Assembly (NCBI GenBank): GCA_963737655.1
Contig: CAVTTN010000002.1
Location: 1,696,001 to 1,760,000, forward strand
Direction of reading: 5' to 3'
DNA from: an uncultured Planctomycetota bacterium
GTDB taxonomy: Bacteria; Planctomycetota; Planctomycetia; Isosphaerales; Isosphaeraceae
DNA: 64,000 nt
Shown here: positions 40,216 to 49,159 of the stretch, in pieces
How positions within the stretch are numbered: position 1 is the stretch's first letter
Layout of the letters: every line of letters starts with the position of its first letter
Translations under genes and position numbers: made by a program
The notes under the pieces: model-generated
What the model saw: the letters and a program-made list of their open reading frames with translations, nothing else
The model's database searches: none
Told to the model about the DNA's origin: nothing

Positions 40216-43200
40216 TCAGGGTGCATCGGATGCGCCCGGACCCGGGCCATCCAGGAGCATCAAAGCCCGATCCGCCAGGGCCTCGCCCCCGTGGGTGAAG
40301 ACGTCGTGATGCCTCGCTCCGGGGATCTCGACCAGCTCGACCGGGCCGGCGAACGCGGAGGCCAGGCGCCGGGCGTTCGCGAGCCGGACGATCGGATCGG
40401 CCGTCCCGTGGAGGATCAGGGTCGGGATGCTCAGCTTCGGGGCGAGGTCGATCGGCCGGGGCTCGTGGAGGGAGACGCCGGCCAGGACCTCCGCCCGAGC
40501 CAGGATCGCCCCGGCGAACAGGCCCGGGAGCCTCATCCGGCGGAGCCAGCCCGCCACGGCGGCTCGGAGGTCGGCATAGGGGGCTTCGAGGACGAGGGCC
40601 CCGATCCTCGGGTCGAGCGTCGCCGCCCGGACCGCGATGGCCGCGCCCATCGACCGGCCCCAGACGAGGAGCCGGGGGTCCGGGCCGACCCGATCGCTCA
40701 GGGCGTCGAGCCAGGCGAGCAGGTCGTCGGTCTCCATCCCGCCGAAGCTCGTGAAATGGCCGAGACTTCGGCCCCGTCCCCTCGCGTCGATCACCGCCAC
40801 GTTCAGCCCGCGAGCCGAGAGGGCCTCGGCCCGGTCCCTCATCGAGGATCGGTCCTCGCCGAAGCCGTGGAGGAGGACCGCCGATCGGGCTCCGGGCGTC
40901 CTGGAGCCGAGCCAGGCGCCCGAGAGATGCGTCCCGTCGGCGGCGGTCGCCTCGATCGGCTCCCACGGAGGGGGCTCGGCCTCGGTTCCGGCGAGCCTTC
41001 GGCCCGGCATCACCAGGGTCCACGCCCCCCACTCGATCACGACCAGAGCCAGGCAGAGCACCAGGCCGCCGACCAGCCCGAGGACCACCACGACCGCCGT
41101 CGGGACGATCGGGACGGCCATCGCCGGAGGGGCCGGGGCCGCCGGAGGAGGGTCGAGGAACCCGCCGACGGCCAGGCCGCCGGGGAGGAACCGGACGAGG
41201 ATCGCGCCTCGGAGCCAGGTCCGATCCACGATCGCCCCCCGGCTCGCGACGGCGTCCAAAGTGTCGCGAGAGCCGGCCTTGGGCCGCGGCTGGCTGACGA
41301 TCACCCGCTTCGGCTCGGCCCAGGCGAAGAGCCAGCCCGGGTTGGCGGTCCGGCCTCCGTGGTGAGGGGACAGCATGGCGTCGATCGGGATTTTCGGCCG
41401 GGCGACCAGCTCGGAGAGGCCGGGCCCGTCGAGGTCGCCGGTCAGGAGGAATCGGCGGCCGGAACGGTCCCGGACGTCCAGGACGAGGCTCCGGGCGTTG
41501 TCGGGCGAGCCGGGGAGCCAGCCCGGAGGGGGATGGATCGCCTCGGCCGAGGCCCCTCCGCCCAGATCCACGCGGTCCCCGGCCGAGATCGGGACGACCG
41601 GGACCCTCCGGGCGCGGAGGAGGTCCAGGAGCCGGACCGCCTCCGGGTTCGCCGAGCCTCCGAAACCGGGAGGGATGCGGACTTCGCCGATCGGGATGCG
41701 GTCCAGGAGGTCGGGCAGGGCGTTGAAGTGGTCCGAATCGGCGTGGGAGAGCAGGACCGAATCGATCCGCCGGACCCCCCGGGACCACAGCGCCGGGGCG
41801 ATCACCCGTCGGCCGACCCGGGGGTCGCGCATGGACCCGCAATCATAAAGAGACGTCCGTCCGTCCTCGGCGCGGAGGAGGACGCAGAGGCCGTGATTGA
41901 CGGCCAGGACCTCGGCCTCGAAGGTCTCCGGGAGGCTCGGGACGATCATCGAGCCGGCCGCGCCGAGCGAGACGACCCCCACCGCCGCCCAGGCCCATCG
42001 CCGGCCGCCCCTGCGTCGCCAGGTCATCCAGAGGGCCAGGCCCAGGGCCGCGTAAATCGCCGCGACCCAGCCCACGGCCGGGCCCGGGACGAACGCATGG
42101 CCTCCGGGCAGGTCGGCCCCCCATCGGACGATCGCCAGGGTCCCTTTCAGGAGCGCCGAGCAGCCCCAGGCGAACGGCAGGGCCAGGGGAGGCCAGATCG
42201 CCCCGGCGATCAGGGCCAGGGCGGCGCAGATCAGGGCGGCCGTGGTCATCGGGATCAGCGGAACATTCAAAATAATGCCGATCGGAGAGGCCAGGTGGAA
42301 CCGGAGGGCCGTGATCGGCAGCCCCACCAGCCAGACCACGGCCGAGATCGTCACCCCCTGAGCGGCCAGGGCGGCCGACCGCCGGAGGGCCTTCTTCCAC
42401 CCAGGCTCCAGGCGGCGTTCCAGGGCATCCAAGGCCGCGACGGGGTCTTCCGGGCCGGCCTGGGGGCCGCGATCGTCGGCGGGGGGCTTCAATCGCAGGA
42501 GGGCCAGCACCGGATCGACGGCCCAGACCAGCGCGGCCACCCCGAGGAAGGAGAGCTGGCAACCGGCGTCAAACAGGTGGGCGGGATTGAGGGCCAGGGT
42601 CGCCAGGGCCGCCGCGGCCAGGAGGTTCGCCGGGCGGGAGCAGCGGTCGCACAGGGCCGCCAGGCAGACCACGACGGTCATCGTCGCCGAGCGGACGACC
42701 GAGGGCAGGAGCCCCACCAGGACGGCGTAGCCGATCGTCACCACGGCCACCAGGACCTGCGACTTCTTCCGGCCCAGGCGCAGGGCGGCGCAGGCCGTGA
42801 GCAGGGCCACCGCCATGGCCTGGAGGTGGAGGCCGGAGATCGCCAGCAGGTGAGTCGTGCCGGTCCGGGCGAAGGCGTCGTTGTCGTCGGGATCGACCCC
42901 CTCTCGGCGGCCCAGGAGCAGGGCCGAGGCCAGGGGGGCGACCTCCTCCGGGAGGCCCGAGACCAGGGCCTTGCGGCTCGCCTCGCGGAGGCCGCCGAGC
43001 AGGCGCAGCCCCCAGGAGGGACGGCCCTCCGGGTCGGGCCAGAGGCCGATCGCCTCGCCGACGCTGATCCGGAGCCGGACCCCCTCGGCCCTCGCCCGGT
43101 CCCGGCGGTCGGGCTCGCCCGGGTTCATCGGAGCGGGGATCGCCCCGAGGCTCCCGGCGACGAAGACCGGGTCGCCGGCCCGGAGGTCCGAGCGGTCCCC

Positions 43201-43656
43201 CACGACCGAGACGAAGATCCGTCCCGAGGCCGGCCGCCATCGCGACTGATCGTAGATCGCCGAGATTTTCATGGCCGAGAGGGTCCGGCCGGAGTCGTCG
43301 GGCCGGTCCGAGGGGCGGAACTCGGGGACCTCGGCCAGCACGCCCCGGAGCCAGGCCGGTCGGGGGACCGACCAGTCCCCCCGGGACAGGTCGTCGGCCG
43401 CCAGGTCGGACCAGCGGCGGTGATGCCAGGCCGCGCCCAGGGCCACGAAGGCGACCAGCACGGCCACCGAGCCGATCCGGGCCCGCGACCCGAGCACCGC
43501 CACCCCGGCGGCGACCATCGCGACGGCCGCCGCCGAGGTCGTCGCCGGCGCGAACCCGAGCCGATCCGCGACGACCCCCGAGGCGAAGGCGATCGCCGCC
43601 GGGGCCAGGGGGGCGGCCAGGGCGACCGGGCGTCTCTCGGGCGTCGGGCGGCTCAT
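40216..43656 (-). CDS. comEC: ComEC/Rec2 DNA uptake protein fused to a C-terminal alpha/beta hydrolase
   Basis: NPGE, HLLAISGLH, QLSF, SHADSDH, GDL, PHHG; then TM and LLHGF, GRSMG, HGTAD, GARH. Confidence 0.9.
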   Translation of the reverse strand: MSRPTPERRPVALAAPLAPAAIAFASGVVADRLGFAPATTSAAAVAMVAAGVAVLGSRARIGSVAVLVAFVALGAAWHHRRWSDLAADDLSRGDWSVPRPAWLRGVLAEVPEFRPSDRPDDSGRTLSAMKISAIYDQSRWRPASGRIFVSVVGDRSDLRAGDPVFVAGSLGAIPAPMNPGEPDRRDRARAEGVRLRISVGEAIGLWPDPEGRPSWGLRLLGGLREASRKALVSGLPEEVAPLASALLLGRREGVDPDDNDAFARTGTTHLLAISGLHLQAMAVALLTACAALRLGRKKSQVLVAVVTIGYAVLVGLLPSVVRSATMTVVVCLAALCDRCSRPANLLAAAALATLALNPAHLFDAGCQLSFLGVAALVWAVDPVLALLRLKPPADDRGPQAGPEDPVAALDALERRLEPGWKKALRRSAALAAQGVTISAVVWLVGLPITALRFHLASPIGIILNVPLIPMTTAALICAALALIAGAIWPPLALPFAWGCSALLKGTLAIVRWGADLPGGHAFVPGPAVGWVAAIYAALGLALWMTWRRRGGRRWAWAAVGVVSLGAAGSMIVPSLPETFEAEVLAVNHGLCVLLRAEDGRTSLYDCGSMRDPRVGRRVIAPALWSRGVRRIDSVLLSHADSDHFNALPDLLDRIPIGEVRIPPGFGGSANPEAVRLLDLLRARRVPVVPISAGDRVDLGGGASAEAIHPPPGWLPGSPDNARSLVLDVRDRSGRRFLLTGDLDGPGLSELVARPKIPIDAMLSPHHGGRTANPGWLFAWAEPKRVIVSQPRPKAGSRDTLDAVASRGAIVDRTWLRGAILVRFLPGGLAVGGFLDPPPAAPAPPAMAVPIVPTAVVVVLGLVGGLVLCLALVVIEWGAWTLVMPGRRLAGTEAEPPPWEPIEATAADGTHLSGAWLGSRTPGARSAVLLHGFGEDRSSMRDRAEALSARGLNVAVIDARGRGRSLGHFTSFGGMETDDLLAWLDALSDRVGPDPRLLVWGRSMGAAIAVRAATLDPRIGALVLEAPYADLRAAVAGWLRRMRLPGLFAGAILARAEVLAGVSLHEPRPIDLAPKLSIPTLILHGTADPIVRLANARRLASAFAGPVELVEIPGARHHDVFTHGGEALADRALMLLDGPGPGASDAP

Positions 43657-43840
43657 GGGCGGATCGCGGCTCCTCGGATTCCTCGCCTTCGCCCTCGCCA
43701 CGTCGCGACGGGCCGGATGAGCATAACATCGGCCGCCCCCGGGTCGAACCCGCCGCCCCTCGAATCCCCTCGCCCGACTTCGTGCCGTCGGTTATGTTCG
43801 AGCCGGGCGGGAGCGACTTTCCAGGACCGGAGCGACGGAC

Positions 43841-44413
43841 ATGAACGCGATGGCGACCACCGATCTGATCCTCACGCCCGACGACCTCCTGGCCCTGCCC
43901 GAGGGGGACCGCTTCGAGCTCGTCGATGGCCACCTGGTGGAGCTTCACGTGAGCGCGTTATCCAGCCTGGTGGCGTTGGAACTGGGCAGCCAGTTGCGAA
44001 ATCACTCCCGGATGGGCGATCTCGGCTGGATTTTTGGGCCCGACCTGGGCTATCGCTTCTTCCCCGATCGTCCGTCCAAGGTCCGCAAGCCGGACGTTTC
44101 CTTCATCCGTCGCGATCGGCTGGCGGTCGAGGCTCTGGCGGAAGGTTACGTCACGATTGCTCCGGATTTGATCGTCGAGGTGGTCTCGCCCAACGACGAG
44201 GCGGAGGAGCTCGAGGGGAAGATTGTCGAATATCTCGACGCCGGAGTGGGGCTGGTCTGGGTGGTTTATCCGACGACCCGGACGGCCTACGCGATCCGAC
44301 GGGACGGCTCAGCCTCTCGGCTGGGCCCGGGGGACGAGCTGGACGGGGGGGACGTCCTGCCGGGATTCCATTGTCGCCTGGGCGACCTGTTCCCGACGAT
44401 CCCCGCCCGGTAA
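43841..44413 (+). CDS. Uma2-family (PD-(D/E)xK) endonuclease
   Basis: ELVDG, RKPDVSF, APDLIVEVVSP, K..EYLDAGV, VLPGF. Confidence 0.92.
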   Translation: MNAMATTDLILTPDDLLALPEGDRFELVDGHLVELHVSALSSLVALELGSQLRNHSRMGDLGWIFGPDLGYRFFPDRPSKVRKPDVSFIRRDRLAVEALAEGYVTIAPDLIVEVVSPNDEAEELEGKIVEYLDAGVGLVWVVYPTTRTAYAIRRDGSASRLGPGDELDGGDVLPGFHCRLGDLFPTIPAR

Positions 44414-44488
44414 CGCGATCGGCCCCGCGACCGCCGGCCTGACGGGGCCGGGTCGCGGGGCCGAAGAAGGGTTCGCCGGCCGGATGGC

Positions 44489-45472
44489 TCAGAAGACGAT
44501 GGTCGGCGGCGGCCAGGTGGTGGCCGGCTGCGAGGGGACGCCGCCTCCGCCGGAAGGGCTGGTGGTTACCGGGCTTCCGCCTCCGGGATAGCCGCCTCCC
44601 GGGTAGCCGGGGCCGGGCACGAGGCCCGGAGCGGTCGGCGTGGTCCCCGGGTTGGTCGTCGGCGTGCCCCCGCCCGGATAGCTCGGGGTCGGCGTGCTCG
44701 GGCTGGTCGTGGGCGAGCCGCCCGAGCCGCTGGGCTGGGTCGTCGGCGAGCCGGGCGAGGGATAGCCCGGGCCGGGCGAGGCCGGGCCGGTCGTCGGCGA
44801 GCCGGCGCCCGGGTAGCCGGGGCCCGTCGAGCCCCCTCCGGCCGAAGGATTGGTCGTCGGCGTCCCGGCTCCCGGGTAGCCCGGGCTGGGGTGGCCCGGC
44901 GTGGGATAGCCGGTGCTCGGCGACATCCCGGGAGTGGTCGGCGTCCCGGCTCCCGGATAGCCGGTCGAGGGCGATCCCGGCGTGGGATAGCCCGTGCTGG
45001 GCGACATCCCGGGGGTCGTCGGCGTCCCGGCGCCGGGATAGCCCGGGCTGGGGTGGCCCGGCGTGGGGTATCCGGTGCTGGGGGACATGCCCGGGGTCGT
45101 CGGCGTCCCGGCTCCCGGGTAACCCGGCGGGGTGGTTCCGGGGGTCGGATAGCCCGTGCTCGGCGACATCCCGGGGGTCGTCGGCGTCCCGGCTCCCGGA
45201 TATCCCGGCGGGGTGGTTCCCGGCGTGGGGTATCCGGTGCTGGGGGACATGCCCGGGGTCGTCGGCGTCCCGGCTCCCGGGTAACCCGGCGGGGTGGTTC
45301 CGGGGGTCGGATAGCCCGTGCTGGGGGACATCCCCGGGTTGGTTGTCGGCGAGCTCCCACCGGGGTAGCCCGTCGAGCTTGGCTTGGTGGGCGTCTGGCC
45401 CAGGGCCGAGACCGCCGGCGCCAGGGCCAGGCCCAGCGCGGCAGGCAGTGCCAGCAGCGTCTTGCGCGACAT
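44489..45472 (-). CDS. Secreted Pro/Gly/Thr/Tyr tandem-repeat protein
   Basis: Signal peptide MSRKTLLALPAALGLALA; GYP repeats throughout. Confidence 0.8.
   Translation of the reverse strand: MSRKTLLALPAALGLALAPAVSALGQTPTKPSSTGYPGGSSPTTNPGMSPSTGYPTPGTTPPGYPGAGTPTTPGMSPSTGYPTPGTTPPGYPGAGTPTTPGMSPSTGYPTPGTTPPGYPGAGTPTTPGMSPSTGYPTPGHPSPGYPGAGTPTTPGMSPSTGYPTPGSPSTGYPGAGTPTTPGMSPSTGYPTPGHPSPGYPGAGTPTTNPSAGGGSTGPGYPGAGSPTTGPASPGPGYPSPGSPTTQPSGSGGSPTTSPSTPTPSYPGGGTPTTNPGTTPTAPGLVPGPGYPGGGYPGGGSPVTTSPSGGGGVPSQPATTWPPPTIVF
44852..45337 (-). repeat. Six tandem 81-bp repeats (27 aa)
   Basis: PGMSPSTGYPTPGxxxxGYPGAGTPTT x6. Confidence 0.92.
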
Positions 45473-45729
45473 GATCCTGCTCCGTCGATGAGACCGATTG
45501 GGACGAGCCGGCGGGGTGCCGACCCATCTCAGTCCGCGCAACCACGACCGTTCTGAACGATCCGAATCGAAATCGATGGCGAGGGGCCGAGAATCCGCCG
45601 GGTGATTGCCGGGACGCTCGGATGGATGGAATATTAGATCGGCGAGAAGTCGGCCGCAATAGAATTCTTGGATTTTTTGGGTTCGGATCGTGCCGGACTG
45701 TCCCGACGATCCCAGGGAAAGGCCCCACG

Positions 45730-46761
45730 ATGCTCGAAATCACCGCCGAGACGGCCGCCGAGTACCTCGAAACGACCGGCCGGGCCGCTCCAGGCACCGT
45801 CGTCGGCGGGCCCCTGGGCGGAGGGGTCTCCAACGTGGTCGTCCGGGTGGACGTGGAGGGCGCCCCGCCGATCGTCCTGAAGCAGTCGCGGGTCCGGCTC
45901 CGGACGGCCGCCCTCTGGGAGAGCCGCCTGGACCGGATCTGGATCGAGGCCGACGCCCTGGACCTCCTCGGCTCGGTCCTGCCCGAGGGGGCCGTCCCCA
46001 AAGTGTTGTTCCGCGACGGGCCCAATTACCTCTTCGCCATGACCCACGCCCCTCTCGGCTCGGTCGTGTGGAAGGAATGGCTCCTGGCCGGCGAGCCCCG
46101 GCCCGAGGATCGCCTCCGCGTCGCCCGGATGGCCGGGGATCTCCTGGCGGCGATCCATCGCGGGACCGCCGGGCACCCGGCGCTCCTCGGCCGGCTGGCC
46201 GACCTTTCGGTCTTCGACGATTTGAGGCTCGACCCGTTCTTCCGGGCCTGCGCCCGGAGCCATCCCGACCTCGCCCCCCGGCTCGATTCCCTGATCGCGT
46301 CGCTCCGGTCGCCGGCCGACCGGGCTTTGGTCCATGCCGACTTCAGCCCGAAGAACCTCCTGATCCACCCGGACTTCGCCGGGATCACGGCCGTGGACTT
46401 CGAGACGGCCCATGCCGGCGACCCGGCGTTCGACCTGGGCTTCGTCGTCAGCCACCTCCTCTTGAAGGCGATCCGCCGGGCGCCCGACCCCTCGGGGATC
46501 GAGGACGTCCGGGCCGTGGCCGACGCCTACCTCGACAGTATCGGCGCCGAGGCCGGCGGCGATCGCCTGATCCGGGCCGTCCCGGTCGCGGCGGCCTGCG
46601 TCCTGGCCCGAATCGACGGCAAGAGCCCCGTCGATTACCTCGACGCCCCCCGCCGGGACCTCGCCCGCCGCTTCGCCCGGCATGCGCTGCTGGATCCGCC
46701 TTTGGGCCTCCCCGCGTTCCTCGACCGGGCGGCGCGAGACGTGCAAACCTTCACGATTTAG
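45730..46761 (+). CDS. APH/methylthioribose-kinase-like phosphotransferase
   Basis: LGGGVSN, VLKQ, HADFSPKN, DFE, GDPAFD, RIDGKSPVDYL. Confidence 0.88.
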   Translation: MLEITAETAAEYLETTGRAAPGTVVGGPLGGGVSNVVVRVDVEGAPPIVLKQSRVRLRTAALWESRLDRIWIEADALDLLGSVLPEGAVPKVLFRDGPNYLFAMTHAPLGSVVWKEWLLAGEPRPEDRLRVARMAGDLLAAIHRGTAGHPALLGRLADLSVFDDLRLDPFFRACARSHPDLAPRLDSLIASLRSPADRALVHADFSPKNLLIHPDFAGITAVDFETAHAGDPAFDLGFVVSHLLLKAIRRAPDPSGIEDVRAVADAYLDSIGAEAGGDRLIRAVPVAAACVLARIDGKSPVDYLDAPRRDLARRFARHALLDPPLGLPAFLDRAARDVQTFTI

Positions 46762-46810
46762 GATCGATGCGAACGATCACCCCTCCGCCCCGACGACAGA
46801 GGCCCTCGCC

Positions 46811-48127
46811 GTGCCCAAGCTTGCGCATTTGATTGCCCGGGAGGTCCTCGATTCGCGGGGCAAGCCGACCGTCGAGGTCGAGGCCATCGGCTCCGACGGG
46901 GCCCGAGGCCGGGCGATCGTCCCTTCCGGCGCCAGCACCGGCCGCCACGAGGCCGTCGAACTCCGCGACGGCGACCCCAGGCGCCACTCCGGTCGGGGCG
47001 TGTTGACGGCCGTGGCGAACGTCGTCGGCGAGATCGCCCGGGACGTGGTCGGCCTCGACCCCGACGATCAGTTCTCGCTGGACGCCCGCTTGATCGCCCT
47101 GGACGGCTCGCCCGACAAGTCCCGGCTCGGCGGCAACGCCCTGCTGGGCGTCTCGATGGCCTCGGCCTGCCTGGCGGCGGCGTCCCGGGGCGAGGAATTG
47201 TATGTTCACCTGAACCGGCTCTGGAACGACCGATCCGGGAGGCCCGTCGAGCCGAGCCTGCCCCTGCCGATGGTCAACATGATCTCCGGAGGGCTCCACG
47301 CCGGGCGGAACCTGGATTTCCAGGACTTCTTGATGGTCCCCGTCGGCGCCTCGACCTACTCCCGGGCGTTGGAGATGGCCGCCGACGTGTATCATTGCCT
47401 CTGGAAGGTCCTGAAGGATTACGGCGAGGAGCATCTCCTCGTGGCCGACGAGGGCGGGTACGGGCCCCGCCTCCGCGCCGAGTCCCACGCGGTGGATCGC
47501 ATCCTGGAGGCCGCGATGGCCTGCCATTTCCGGCTCGGCGACGACGTGGCGGTGGCCCTGGACGTGGCCTCGTCCCACTTCTTCGATCCCGCGACCGGCC
47601 GATACACCATGGCCGCCTCCGACGAGGTCCTCGACGCCCCCGGGATGGTCGCCAAGCTCGTCCACTGGGCCGGCCAGTTCCCGATCGTCTCGATCGAGGA
47701 CGGCCTCTCCGAGGACGACTGGGACGGCTGGATCGACCTTTCGAGCAAGCTCGGCGACACCATCCAGCTCATCGGCGATGACCTCTTCGCCACCAACGCG
47801 GGGCGGATCAGGGAAGGGATCTCACGGCACGCGGCGAATGCGGTGTTGATCAAATTGAACCAGGCCGGGACGCTCACCGAGACCCTCGACGCGATGGCCG
47901 AGGCGCGCCGGGGCGGATATCGGACGATCGTCTCGGCCCGGTCGGGCGAGACGGAAGATACGTTCCTGGCCGATCTGGCCGTCGGGACGGCCGCCGGCCA
48001 GGTCAAGATCGGGTCGATGGCCCGGTCCGAGAGGCTGGCGAAGTACAACCGCCTGCTCCGGATCGAGGAGCACCTCGGCCCCTCCGCCCGGTTCGCCGGC
48101 CGGTCCGCCCTCGCCGCCTCCCCCTGA
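46811..48127 (+). CDS. eno: Enolase, divergent paralog
   Basis: REVLDSRG.PTVEV, PSGASTG, DEGG, IEDG, GDDL, KLNQ, RSERLAKYN. Confidence 0.88.
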   Translation: MPKLAHLIAREVLDSRGKPTVEVEAIGSDGARGRAIVPSGASTGRHEAVELRDGDPRRHSGRGVLTAVANVVGEIARDVVGLDPDDQFSLDARLIALDGSPDKSRLGGNALLGVSMASACLAAASRGEELYVHLNRLWNDRSGRPVEPSLPLPMVNMISGGLHAGRNLDFQDFLMVPVGASTYSRALEMAADVYHCLWKVLKDYGEEHLLVADEGGYGPRLRAESHAVDRILEAAMACHFRLGDDVAVALDVASSHFFDPATGRYTMAASDEVLDAPGMVAKLVHWAGQFPIVSIEDGLSEDDWDGWIDLSSKLGDTIQLIGDDLFATNAGRIREGISRHAANAVLIKLNQAGTLTETLDAMAEARRGGYRTIVSARSGETEDTFLADLAVGTAAGQVKIGSMARSERLAKYNRLLRIEEHLGPSARFAGRSALAASP

Positions 48128-48521
48128 CTCGCGCCGCCTTCCCAGTCCAGACCATCGGGGCCGACCCCCCCGGGCGATCGCATAATCCGTCGGATCGCGC
48201 CGTGAGCTTTTGTCGGTTTCTCGATGTGCGAGCGGGGACGCGTCCCGCCCTCCGGACGCCCTGTCTCCCATGAGGTCCGGCCGGACGGCTTCTCGAAGGG
48301 GAGGGTCCGACCCGGCTTGCGGCGGATGGATCGATGCGTTGACTCGTGGAAAAACGTCGATATCAAGGGCCTTGCGCGAGCAAGTGGCACACCGTAACCC
48401 CTCGGAGGGCATGGGGTTCGGGCGTTCTTGCGCGAAAAGTGTAGTCAACTTTCGGTTTTTTAAAAAATTGCATGGATTCTTGATATTGAGAGATTCAATT
48501 TCGAAGATCATGGCATTCTTC

Positions 48522-48582
48522 GTAGGGCAGGCCTCGGCCTGCCGTCCCCGGGTCCGACCCGGCAGGCCGAGGCCCGCCCTAC
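48522..48582. repeat. REP-B inverted doublet
   Basis: GTAGGGCAGGCCTCGGCCTGCC ... GGCAGGCCGAGGCCCGCCCTAC. Confidence 0.85.
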
Positions 48583-48643
48583 CCCAATCCCCCACCCTTC
48601 GCGACCGGAAAATCTCCCACTCCGCGACTTCTCGAATCGGCCC

Positions 48644-48693
48644 TTGACTTCTCAGACATGGCGTCTTACCATCGGATATCAGACAAGCCGTCT
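48644..48693 (+). promoter_or_regulatory. Promoter with two BlaI-type operator dyads
   Basis: TTGACT-N17-TACCAT; AGAC-N5-GTCT at 48654-48666 and 48681-48693. Confidence 0.75.
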
Positions 48694-48725
48694 TGATTCC
48701 GAGTCGATCGAAGGAGGGCCGGGGC

Positions 48726-49147
48726 ATGGCCAGGCCGAGCCGGGACGTGACCGAGGCGGAATTGAGCGTCCTGAGGACGCTCTGGGACCGGGGCCCGCCC
48801 CGATCCGTTCGATCACCGAGGCGATCTATCCCGAGGGGGGCGCGTCGCGATACGCGACCGTCCAGAAGCTCCTGGAACGGCTGGAGGCGAAGGGGTGCGT
48901 GGCCCGCGACCGATCGAGTTCGGTCCACGTGTTCTCCCCCCTGATCGAGAAGGACGACCTGATCGGCCGGAGGCTCCAGGACGTGGCCGAGACCCTGTGC
49001 GACGGCTCGCTGACACCGTTATTGACGCACCTGGTGACGGCCGAGCCCCTGTCTCGGGCGGATCGCGAGGCGCTCCGGGCGCTGATCGACCGGCTGGACG
49101 GCGAGGCGAGGGACGCATCGAAGGCAAACCGCGCCCGGACGGGCTGA
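48726..49147 (+). CDS. BlaI/MecI/CopY-family repressor, frameshift near 48800
   Basis: VTEAELSVLRTLWDRG then YATVQKLLERLEAKG..GSLTPLLTHLV. Confidence 0.85.
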
Positions 49148-49159
49148 AAGGGGGCCGCG

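Noticed and set aside
40102..44442. 1446-aa plus-strand ORF and other long antisense ORFs (e.g. 9650-12331, 49019-52201)
   Set aside because: Shadow ORFs of high-GC genes; the opposite strand carries recognisable proteins
44852..45337. CRISPR array
   Set aside because: In-frame coding tandem repeats with no unique spacers and no cas genes
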